Origin: an uncultured Chloroflexia bacterium | GTDB taxonomy: Bacteria > Chloroflexota > Dehalococcoidia > DSTF01 > JALHUB01 | Assembly: GCA_963703345.1 (NCBI GenBank) | Contig: OY969814.1 | Location: 416,001-480,000, forward strand | Direction: 5' to 3' | Length of the DNA: 64,000 bases | In this document: positions 25,634 through 34,603 of the stretch, piece by piece | Layout: each line of letters opens with the position of its first letter | How positions within the stretch are numbered: the first letter of the stretch is position 1 | The notes under the pieces: model-generated | The model's database searches: none | What the model was told of the DNA's origin: nothing | Seen by the model: only the letters and a program-made list of their open reading frames with translations | Program-made: the position numbers and the translations under genes

Positions 25634-28276
25634 ATGACGAACACAACTCGCTCGCTGAGGTCACGGCTGTCGCGACGCCTGCGCTGCATGCTCGTCGCGC
25701 TGGTCTTGACGGCGTTGCTGCTGCCTGGCGCGGTCCCGGCTACCGCCCAATCAGCCTCCGACCATTGGTTCCAGTGGGGACCTGCGCGGCCGCCTTCAAT
25801 CGACGGACCGCTGGCGAATCCAGATGTTCAACAGGCCCTGTACTTAGCAGTGGACGAGAACGCGGTCTCGCAGCGTGTCCTCGGCAAGCCATCGCTGGTA
25901 ATGGAGACGGAGGATGCCTCGTATCCCCAGGAGTTCTACGAAGAGAACGAGTTCGAGCCGTGGAAGGCCAGGATAATACTGGAAGACGATGGCATCACCG
26001 ACCTAGCGCTGACCATCGCGCCGGACCCGTCGGTGCCCGAGGCGCGGGCACTGGCGCAGGCCGTGGCGGATGAACTGCGGAAGAACATCGGCGCGCAGGT
26101 GACGGTTGTCGAGGGCGATGCCGACCTCCTCGTGACGCGCTCTCTCGGCAAGTCGCCGTCAGCCGCGCCCGGAACCATTTCGCTGGAGACAAGCTGTACG
26201 CCTGACACCTTTCGTCCCAACGAATGGACCGTCGTCGAGTGCGAAAGCACGGTAAAGAACAGCGGCCAGGCCGATCTCATCTACAACCTCGTGGTCGTTC
26301 AAGACGATCCCCCCGGCCCCGGCGTTATGGAGTATGCGATCGTCTCAGGTGAACGAAACGAGAAATCCGAGACTGCTTGGGGGCGCGATTTGTCGCCTGC
26401 AAAGCTGGCTGCCGGTGAAACGGCCGTCCATCGAAGGTTGATGCTCCTGCAGGCAACAGCGGAAGGCACGTATGAATTCAGTGCCCGTGTCATCGTCGCG
26501 AGAGACGTGCCGGCAAGCGTGCCCCTCCATTTCACGGCCTCTTCTCAGGCGAGCCCATCCCCAAGCGACCTGGAAGTGACGAGGCAGTTGACGAAGAGGT
26601 GGGCGGCCGACGGCTATCAGTATGCGTCCTTTGAGACGAAGATAACGAATCGCGGTTCGCAGACGGCCACCGACCTGAGGGTGACTGATCGCAATGATGA
26701 TACGCTTGCTTACGTATCGGAGCGCCAGCCGCCGCCCGACTACCAGGACGAAAGCGGTCAGTTCGTTTCGTGGAGCTCGTTTCCGACCGCCCTTGCCCCG
26801 GGGGCGTCGATGGCCCTGCAAACGGTCTTCAGATCAACGAAAAAGGAACCGTATTTATCCGTCAACGCCGCCGGGATGGTCGAGGCGGAGGTCGGAGGAA
26901 CGGTGGAGCGGTATGCCGCGCCGGCAACGTTGAGCGAAGGCCTGAGCGGCGGCTGTGGTGACTGCGGCGGTAGCGGGGGCGGCGCTTCGCCGGCCGCTGA
27001 CACGCCGTCGTCTCTCGGTCACGAAGGCGATGGCCCAGGTGGTTCCGGCCGCGGCGTGGTCTGGACTGCAACGTTGCTCGCGGTTGGCGGCGCTGTGCTG
27101 ATCGGAGGCGGCCTGGCGCTTCCAAGGAGGGCGGGACGGCACGGCCTCCCGCTGCTCGTCGCGCTGGTGATGGCGTCGCTGCTGCCGTCGGCCGGTGCTC
27201 ACGCACAGCCCATGCCTATCGGCAGGCAGGCGCCGACACCGCCGGCACCTCCCAGCACTGTTTCGCTTGGAGTTACCTGCTCGCCGGACATCTTCCCGCC
27301 GGATCAGTGGGTCGTCGTGGAATGCGCGACGCAGCTGACGAATCGCGGCGAGAATCCCGTATCGGACGTCGGCGTCAACATCGGCGCGCAAGACGGCTGG
27401 TCCGATGACCCGCTCCCCAACTACTACTGGATTTCGCACATCCGCGACGGCCGGATGATGCCGATAAGCGGCCAAACGCTCGGGTTCGACAGCGATGACG
27501 TGCTGCAACCGGGCCAGACAATCGAATCGCGCCTGACGGTGCTCCTGCGGATGCGCGAGGGCACGTGGCACGGGCAGGACACGCTGTCGGTTGACGGCCA
27601 GCAGGTACTGGCGGTGCCGGTGCAGTTCACGGCGAGCGCCGATGCTCCGACGTTGCCGGATAACTTTCTCATCATACAGACGTTCTCTAACGTGTCAGCA
27701 CCCGGAGTGCGGGTGCCAACCGTGACCTACGAGACGAAGATTACGAATCAGGGATCGAGTCCAGTGACGAACCTGAAGATTACCGAACATGCAGATAACG
27801 CCACGTTGCTTTGCACGAACCCGGCGCCTTCGGAGCGTAACGATGATCTGGGCCTCGTCTCCTGGGACCTGACGTCGTTCGGCGCCGGATCGCTGATACC
27901 CGGCGAATCGCTGATCCTGCACAGCACGTACGGCCCCTTCGAGGAGGACTCGTGCATTGGCATGAGCGCGGGGACCGTCGTCGAGGCCGACGTTGACGGG
28001 ACGACCGAGCGCTACGGCGTCGGGCCGAACGAGTTTCCGCTGGTTGGGAAGTGCCCTGACTTTACCAGGAGGCCGGCGATGAGCGACAGCGACTTGTGGG
28101 TGCTGCGCCATGACGGCGCGCTCCTGGATCCCGTCGCACCGGCTGGAATCGTGAGCGCCGGTGACGGACCTGCAGGTCGGACGTTCGATTTCATCTGGGT
28201 GGCATTCTGCTTTGCGGCGGCCGGCGCGGGGCTGGTCGCGGCGGCACTTGTAGCGCGAAGGAGGCTACGTTCATGA
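25634..28276 (+). CDS. Secreted surface protein (880 aa) with SBP-family-5-like fragment, two Ig/DUF11-like modules, internal and C-terminal anchors
   Basis: GAGGAGG RBS; signal peptide; two TC.P..F.P..W...EC modules; two GDGP + TM + basic segments. Confidence 0.85.
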   Translation: MTNTTRSLRSRLSRRLRCMLVALVLTALLLPGAVPATAQSASDHWFQWGPARPPSIDGPLANPDVQQALYLAVDENAVSQRVLGKPSLVMETEDASYPQEFYEENEFEPWKARIILEDDGITDLALTIAPDPSVPEARALAQAVADELRKNIGAQVTVVEGDADLLVTRSLGKSPSAAPGTISLETSCTPDTFRPNEWTVVECESTVKNSGQADLIYNLVVVQDDPPGPGVMEYAIVSGERNEKSETAWGRDLSPAKLAAGETAVHRRLMLLQATAEGTYEFSARVIVARDVPASVPLHFTASSQASPSPSDLEVTRQLTKRWAADGYQYASFETKITNRGSQTATDLRVTDRNDDTLAYVSERQPPPDYQDESGQFVSWSSFPTALAPGASMALQTVFRSTKKEPYLSVNAAGMVEAEVGGTVERYAAPATLSEGLSGGCGDCGGSGGGASPAADTPSSLGHEGDGPGGSGRGVVWTATLLAVGGAVLIGGGLALPRRAGRHGLPLLVALVMASLLPSAGAHAQPMPIGRQAPTPPAPPSTVSLGVTCSPDIFPPDQWVVVECATQLTNRGENPVSDVGVNIGAQDGWSDDPLPNYYWISHIRDGRMMPISGQTLGFDSDDVLQPGQTIESRLTVLLRMREGTWHGQDTLSVDGQQVLAVPVQFTASADAPTLPDNFLIIQTFSNVSAPGVRVPTVTYETKITNQGSSPVTNLKITEHADNATLLCTNPAPSERNDDLGLVSWDLTSFGAGSLIPGESLILHSTYGPFEEDSCIGMSAGTVVEADVDGTTERYGVGPNEFPLVGKCPDFTRRPAMSDSDLWVLRHDGALLDPVAPAGIVSAGDGPAGRTFDFIWVAFCFAAAGAGLVAAALVARRRLRS

Positions 28277-30090
28277 AGACGACAAATCAAAAGATCGGGA
28301 TGTCACTCCTCTTCGGCATAGCGGCCGCGTTGGCGCTCCTCGCCCCGCGCGGCGCACCTGCGGCGTCGGCGGATGCGTCGGACCTGAAGATCGAGGAGAC
28401 GTGCAGTCCGCATGTCTTCCGTCCCAACGAGTGGACGCTGCACGAATGCCTGATCCACCTCACGAACGTTGGCGATACGCCACTCTCGAACCTGTCGAGC
28501 GTGTGGGCCTCTTCGTCCGGCGTTAATCCCGACTACTACTTCGTACTCTACGAGGTCGACGGTCAGCCAAGGCCGATCAATCCGACGGGGCTCAGCTTCG
28601 GTACCAGCGGCACGCTGCAGCCGGGGCAAAGTTCTGATGTCCGGCTCGACGTGCTGCTGAGAATGCCCAGTGAGGGCATCTACGATGGCGAATGGCATGT
28701 GGAAGCGGATGGGAACGTGGTGGCGGAGTCGCCGCCGGTTCACTACGAGGCGAAGGCCGACGCGGCCGACCCGCCGACCGACCTCGCGGTCAGCCAGGTC
28801 GGGTATAGGAAGAGCACAACGACGACAGTTTTCGATACCACGATAACTAATAACAGCGCGTCGGCGGTAACCCAGCTATCGGTCACGGAGCACTATGGCC
28901 CGTCTTTGAAGCCGGCGGGGACGCAATTCACCCCCAGCGAGTCGCTGCCGGACGCCAACCTGATGAAATGGGACCTGGCGTCGTTGGGGGTGCAGTCGCT
29001 GGCGCCGGGGGAGAGCCTGAAGCTCAGCACGACCTACACCACGGATGATCCATCAAGCCCCGTCCAGTCAGGCGTGATGGTGGAAGCGACGGTCGGTGGG
29101 AAACAGCAGCTCTACGGTTCCAGCGGCGTGGCTCCGGCGTACGTCCCGCAGTTGAAGATCGAGGAGACGTGCACCCCGTATGTCTTCCGTCCCAACGAGT
29201 GGACGCTGCACGAATGCCTGATCCAACTCACGAACGTCGGTGATACGCCCCTCTCGAACCTATCGGGCGACTATGCCAGCTCGTCGGGCGTCATTCCAGA
29301 CCACTACTTCATCCTGTACGAGGTCGATGGCCGGCCGAGGCCTATCGATCCGACGGGGCTCAGCTTCGGTAACAGCGATACCCTGCAGCCCGGGCAAACG
29401 TCGAACGTCCGACTCGACGTGCTGCTGAGGATGCCCAGCGAGGGCATCTACGACGGCGAGTGGCCGGTAGAGGTGGATGGCGTGATCGTGCCCGGTTCGT
29501 TGCCGGATCATTACGAGGCGAAGGTCGGCGCGGCGGACCCGCCGACCGACCTCGCGGTCAGCCAGGTAGGCTATCTGAAGGGGACGAGAACAGCCGTATT
29601 CGACACGACGATCACTAACAACAGCGCGTCGGCGGTAACCCAGCTATCGGTCATGGAGCACTACGGGGCCTCTGCGAAGCCGGCGGGGACGAAGTTCAAC
29701 CCCAGCGAGTCGGTGCCCAGCGCCAATCTGATGAAGTGGGACCTGGCGTCGCTGGGCAAGCAATCGCTGGCGCCGGGGGAGAGCCTGAGACTGAGCACGG
29801 TCTACATGACCGACAGTTCGGCCGGCCCAGTAGAATCAGGTGTGCTCGTGGAAGCGACTGTTGATGGGAAGCAGCAGCTATACGGTTCCAGCGGCGGCAG
29901 CGTCTGCGTCGCCTGCGATCAGGAACCCGCTGCGGCGCCGGCGACAGGCTTGAACTCCGTTTCTGCGCCCAGGACAGGCGACGGGCCGTCGGGCAACAGC
30001 GTGCCTCTCACGCTCGACGTCGCGCTGGCTGCCGCTGGCGTAGCGCTTGGAAGCGTGGCACTCGTGGCCCGCAGGAAGGTTCGTCGCTAG
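28273..30090 (+). CDS. Secreted surface protein with two tandem Ig/DUF11-like modules and a PxTG sorting signal
   Basis: ATGA overlap; signal peptide; internal 256-aa repeat; APRTGDGP + TM + RRKVRR. Confidence 0.88.
   Translation: MKTTNQKIGMSLLFGIAAALALLAPRGAPAASADASDLKIEETCSPHVFRPNEWTLHECLIHLTNVGDTPLSNLSSVWASSSGVNPDYYFVLYEVDGQPRPINPTGLSFGTSGTLQPGQSSDVRLDVLLRMPSEGIYDGEWHVEADGNVVAESPPVHYEAKADAADPPTDLAVSQVGYRKSTTTTVFDTTITNNSASAVTQLSVTEHYGPSLKPAGTQFTPSESLPDANLMKWDLASLGVQSLAPGESLKLSTTYTTDDPSSPVQSGVMVEATVGGKQQLYGSSGVAPAYVPQLKIEETCTPYVFRPNEWTLHECLIQLTNVGDTPLSNLSGDYASSSGVIPDHYFILYEVDGRPRPIDPTGLSFGNSDTLQPGQTSNVRLDVLLRMPSEGIYDGEWPVEVDGVIVPGSLPDHYEAKVGAADPPTDLAVSQVGYLKGTRTAVFDTTITNNSASAVTQLSVMEHYGASAKPAGTKFNPSESVPSANLMKWDLASLGKQSLAPGESLRLSTVYMTDSSAGPVESGVLVEATVDGKQQLYGSSGGSVCVACDQEPAAAPATGLNSVSAPRTGDGPSGNSVPLTLDVALAAAGVALGSVALVARRKVRR
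28384..29895 (+). repeat. Intragenic tandem duplication, 768-bp period
   Basis: (C/T)TGAAGATCGAGGAGACGTGC at 28384 and 29152; CAGCAGCT.TACGGTTCCAGCGGC at 29104 and 29872. Confidence 0.9.
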
Positions 30091-30290
30091 CTCCCGGCGC
30101 CCTCGCCCTTTCGCCTCGCGACGACGATATGTTAAGGTAGAGGGCACATATGCCGAACAGCGAGAAGTCACACGTCGCCAGAAAGGCCCGCCTAAGCCCC
30201 CGAGTTCCTCGGGGGCGGGCGATCAGCGCTGCCTCCGCGTTCATCGCCTGACCAATCGCTGCTAATCCCCGGAAGGAGGCATATCCTCAG

Positions 30291-31868
30291 ATGAAAGTCG
30301 AATTGTACGACACGACGCTCCGCGACGGCACGCAGATGGAGGGAATCTCCCTCTCCGTCGAGGACAAGCTCAAGATCGCCCGCAAGCTGGACGAGCTGGG
30401 CGTCGATTACATCGAGGGCGGCTGGCCCGGTTCCAACCCCAAGGACGCCGAGTTCTTCGCCGCCGCCCGCTCGCTGCACCTTCAGAACGCCCGGATCGCC
30501 GCCTTCGGCAGCACGCGGCGCGCCGGCATTGAGGCTGAGAACGACCCCAACCTGCGCGCCCTCATCGACGCCGCGACGCCGGTGGTGACGCTGGTCGGCA
30601 AAGCGAACGAGATGCACGTGCGCCACATTCTCGAAACCTCGCTGGAAGAGAACCTGGCGATGATCGCCGATTCGGTCGCCTACTTAAAGGGCCGCGGCCT
30701 GATGGTCTTCTTCGACGCGGAGCACTTCTTCGACGGCTTCCGCGACAACCCCGACTACGCGCTCGCCTGCCTGCGCGCCGCCGCAGAGGCGGGCGCCGAT
30801 TGCCTGGTCCTCTGCGATACGAACGGGGGCACTATCCCTTCCAAGATCACTGAGGCTATCGCGGCGGCGCGCCGTGTGGGCGCCCCTCTGGGAATCCACG
30901 CTCACAACGACGCCGACCTCGCTGTCGCCAACACCCTCGCTGCCGTCGAGGCCGGCGCCACGCATGTGCAGGGCACGATAAATGGCTACGGCGAACGCTG
31001 CGGGAACGCCGACCTCGTCAGTATCATCGCCAATCTCAAGCTGAAGATGGGCATCGACTGCGTCAGCGACGAGCAACTGGCGCGCCTGACGGAGGTCTCG
31101 CACTACGTCAGCGAGGTCGCGAACATGGCGTCGAATCCGCAGGCGCCCTACGTCGGACTCAGCGCCTTCACGCATAAAGCCGGCATTCACGTCGCTGCCA
31201 TGGTCAAGCATCAGTCGAGCTACCAGCACATCGACCCGGCGCTGGTCGGCAACGAGAAGCGCGTGCTCGTCTCGGAGCTTGCCGGCTACCGGAACGTGAT
31301 GGCGAAGCTCAAGGAGCAAGGGTTCCACTTCGCCCTGAACAGCGACGACGCTAAGCGTCTCCTTCAGCAGGTGAAGGTGATGGAGTCGCAGGGCTACCAG
31401 TACGAAGGCGCCGAGGCCTCCTTCGAGCTGCTGGCCTGTCGCAGCCTGCCCGACTACCGGCCGCCGTTCGAGCTGCGCGACTTCCTGGTCGTCGTGCGCC
31501 GTCACAGCGACCCGGAGCGCGGCGAGGCCGGCGAGATGCTTGCCGAGGCGGCCGTCAAGGTACGCGTCGGCGACGAGACGATGCATACGGTGGCGGAGGG
31601 CGACGGCCCGGTCAACGCCCTCGACCTCGCGGTGCGCAAGGCGCTCACGGAGTTCCATCCGCTCCTGCAGACGGTGAAGCTAGTTGACTACAAGGTGCGT
31701 ATCGTCGACAGCCCGTCAGGCACGGCGGCCATCGTGCGCGTGCTCCTGGAATCGACCGACGGCGAGCATACATGGACGACCGTCGGCTGCTCACCGAACA
31801 TCATCGAAGCGAGCTGGCTGGCCCTGTCCGATAGCCTGGAGTGGTGGCTCACGCGCCGTCCCCACTGA
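30291..31868 (+). CDS. cimA: Citramalate synthase (LeuA-like family)
   Basis: YDTTLRDGTQ, IEGGWPGSNPKD, FDAEHFFDG, HAHND, GYGERCGNA, C-terminal regulatory domain. Confidence 0.92.
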   Translation: MKVELYDTTLRDGTQMEGISLSVEDKLKIARKLDELGVDYIEGGWPGSNPKDAEFFAAARSLHLQNARIAAFGSTRRAGIEAENDPNLRALIDAATPVVTLVGKANEMHVRHILETSLEENLAMIADSVAYLKGRGLMVFFDAEHFFDGFRDNPDYALACLRAAAEAGADCLVLCDTNGGTIPSKITEAIAAARRVGAPLGIHAHNDADLAVANTLAAVEAGATHVQGTINGYGERCGNADLVSIIANLKLKMGIDCVSDEQLARLTEVSHYVSEVANMASNPQAPYVGLSAFTHKAGIHVAAMVKHQSSYQHIDPALVGNEKRVLVSELAGYRNVMAKLKEQGFHFALNSDDAKRLLQQVKVMESQGYQYEGAEASFELLACRSLPDYRPPFELRDFLVVVRRHSDPERGEAGEMLAEAAVKVRVGDETMHTVAEGDGPVNALDLAVRKALTEFHPLLQTVKLVDYKVRIVDSPSGTAAIVRVLLESTDGEHTWTTVGCSPNIIEASWLALSDSLEWWLTRRPH

Positions 31869-31892
31869 CGGCTGAACGTTTTCGAGGCCGAG

Positions 31893-33188
31893 ATGAACAT
31901 TCTCATGCTCTCCGCCCTCGACGTGTGGTCGCTGGCGGACGGCCGCGGCGCCCCAAGCCTCTACCGCACCCTGAAAGCGTACGGGGAGCGCGGGCACCAC
32001 GTCCACTATCTCGCGCCGACCGTCGGCGCCAACCACTTCGGGCCCGTGGACGAGATGGCGACGAAGTCACCTCTGCCGCAGATACCCAACGTCACCTTCA
32101 CTCGCTTCGAGGTGCCCGGCCTGCCGCGCCGCCTGCCTGCCGGTAGGCATGGTCTGCCCTGGCCGTCGCTGGCGCTCAAGCTCGACCAGAAGATGCGGTT
32201 CGCCGCCGCCTTCCCGTTCGTCGCCGCCCGTCGTGCCGAGGAGGCCCTTCGCGCGTCACCGTTCGACCTGATCTACGGCTATGAGGTGCACGGCGTCCTG
32301 GCGGCGCGCCTTCTGCGACGCCGCTGGAAGCTGCCGGCCGTCTCGCGTTTCCAGGGTACGGTGATGTACCCGGCGCTGGACAACGTCCTCCTCCGCTTCC
32401 GTCGCTACGAGGAAGCGCTCGCCCTGCGCGCGCCCGCCGGCCTCTACATCATGACCAACGACGGTACCCGCGGCGACGAAGTCCTGGCCCGCCTCAACCC
32501 GGGCTCTCGGGGCCGCGTCCGCTTCTGGCGCAACGGCCTGGACATGGTCAATCTGAAGCCCGCGGCGCCGCGACAGGCTGTTGCTGCCCGCGAGGCGCTC
32601 GGGATCGCCGGAGATCGCTTCATGCTGCTGACGGCCTGCGTCCTGCTGCCCTGGAAGCGTGTCGACCGAGCGATCCGCGCCCTTTCCGCGATTCGCCGCC
32701 GGTTGCCGGAGGCGCTGCTGGTGGTGTTGGGCGACGGTGAAGAGCGTGGGCACCTCGAGACACTGGCGCGCGAGCTGCGCGTCGGCGATGCTGTCCGTTT
32801 CGAGGGCGCGGTGCCGCAGGCGGACGTCCGCCGCTACCTCTGGGCCGCCGATGTCTTTCTCTCGCTGAACGACCTCTCGAACGCCGGCAACCCGCTCCTG
32901 GAGGCGATGGCCTGTGGCAAGCCGATCGTCACCATCGACAACGGCGCCACGGCTGAGCTTATCCGCGACGGCGAGACGGGGTTGCTGCTGCCGTCGGGCG
33001 GGCCGCGGCGCGTCGCTGAAGCCGTCCTGCGCCTCGCGGCGGAGAAGACGGTCCGCCGGCAAGTGGCCAAGGGCGCGCGCTCCTACGCGACGGCGAACTT
33101 CTGGACGTGGGAGCAGCGTCTGGCGGCGGAGCTGGAGGAGGTAGAGCGCCTCGTCGCCAAGCCGCCCCAGGCGCCTGCCCGCCGGTAG
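31893..33188 (+). CDS. GT4 family glycosyltransferase
   Basis: WRNGLD, WKRVD, NPLLEAMACGKP. Confidence 0.9.
   Translation: MNILMLSALDVWSLADGRGAPSLYRTLKAYGERGHHVHYLAPTVGANHFGPVDEMATKSPLPQIPNVTFTRFEVPGLPRRLPAGRHGLPWPSLALKLDQKMRFAAAFPFVAARRAEEALRASPFDLIYGYEVHGVLAARLLRRRWKLPAVSRFQGTVMYPALDNVLLRFRRYEEALALRAPAGLYIMTNDGTRGDEVLARLNPGSRGRVRFWRNGLDMVNLKPAAPRQAVAAREALGIAGDRFMLLTACVLLPWKRVDRAIRALSAIRRRLPEALLVVLGDGEERGHLETLARELRVGDAVRFEGAVPQADVRRYLWAADVFLSLNDLSNAGNPLLEAMACGKPIVTIDNGATAELIRDGETGLLLPSGGPRRVAEAVLRLAAEKTVRRQVAKGARSYATANFWTWEQRLAAELEEVERLVAKPPQAPARR
32132..32152. repeat. 20-21 bp palindromic mini-element, in frame inside the GT4 gene
   Basis: CCTGCCTGCCGGTAGGCATGG encoding LPAGRHG. Confidence 0.65.
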
Positions 33189-33193
33189 GCAGG
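33174..33193. repeat. 20-bp palindromic mini-element supplying the GT4 stop codon
   Basis: CCTGCCCGCCGGTAGGCAGG; TAG at 33186-33188. Confidence 0.7.
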
Positions 33194-33227
33194 TGACTTC
33201 GCCGCCGGAGCCTCGTACACTAGGGGC

Positions 33228-34603
33228 ATGACAAGGCACGGCGCTCCGGCCCTCCTGAAGTCCCTTCGCGACATCAACTTCGTCTTCGCCACCTACGTCG
33301 CCGGCTACCTGCTGGCGTTTGTGCTGCAGGTGCTCGTGGCGCGCGGTCTGGGCACGAGCGGTCGCGGGACGTACGAGATCGTGCTTCTCACGATGTCGCT
33401 AACGCAGGCCGTGCTGAGCATGGGCGTCGGCGTCGCCAGCCTCTACTACGTCGGCAAGCATGCCTACCCCCTGCGCGATCTCCTGTCGAACAGCCAGTGG
33501 GTCGTCCTGGCGTCGACGCTGCTGAGCGCGCTGGTCGTCCTGGTGGCCGCCGCCACCTTCGGCCCCGGGCTCCTGTCGACCGTGGCGTGCCTTACTGGAT
33601 ATTCGTCTTCGGTATGCCGCTCTTCCTCAACTTCAACCTGCTGATCGCCTTCCTCCAGGCGCAGAACCGCTTCCTGGCAATGAACTCCGTGATCCTCGTA
33701 CGGCCGGCCTTGTTGCTTGCCCTGCTGGTCGGCGGCGTCTTTGCAGGCGGTCTTACGACGACGAACGTCTTCGTCTTCTGGTCGGTCGCGCTGCTCTTCT
33801 CCGTCCTCCTGGCTCTGTCGCTGCTCGGGCTGCGCAACCTGCACCTTCCGACGATTCTGTGGCCGCGGTGGCCCGTGTTAAAGGCGCAGGTGAAGTTCGG
33901 CGTCCAGGGACAGGCCGGGAACATCCTCCAGCTCCTCAACTATCGCGTCGACAAGTACGTGGCGCTTGCTTTCGTTGGCACATCCGGTGTCGGCATCTAC
34001 GCCATCGCCGTCGGCGTCACCGAGAGCATCTGGTTCATCGCCAACGCGGTCTCCGTCGTCCTGGTGCCGCGCCTCACCCGCGCTCATAGGGACGAGGCCG
34101 CGGAGTTGACCCCGCTTTTCTGCCGTCACACCGTCTTCCTGAGCCTGCTGGGCGCCGCCGCAGTGGGCGTGGCCTCGCCCGTGCTGCTGCCGCTCATGTT
34201 CGGCGATGCCTTCTCGCCGGCGGTCGCGGCGGTCTGGTGGCTGTTGCCCGGCACCGTCGCCCTTGCCGCGACGAAGGTCCTGGCCGGCTACATCTTCAGC
34301 CAGGGCAAGCCACTCATCAACAGCTACATCACCGTCGCCAGTTTGGTCGTAACCATCGCTGCGGACCTGGCACTGATCCCGATCTTCGGCGTGCCCGGCG
34401 CGGCGGCAGCCTCATCGCTCGCCTACACGACCTCCCTCGTCCTTAGCCTGGCGGCCTACCAGCGCCTTTCCGGCCGGTCCGCCTGGCGGACGCTCGCCAT
34501 CAACGCCGGCGACCTACGCCTTTACCTGCTTGCCGCCCGCTTCGTCCTGACGCGACGCCCGCCGGCGCAGCCTGTTGCCGGCGACCTGGAGGGCGAAGCT
34601 TGA
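33228..34603 (+). pseudogene. wzx: Wzx-type polysaccharide flippase, frameshifted near 33575 (pseudogene or assembly error)
   Basis: N-terminal ORF 33228..33644 (ARGLGTSGRGTY) and C-terminal ORF (NYRVD, GIYAIA, FGVPGAAAAS) join if one base is added at CTG^TCGAC. Confidence 0.85.
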
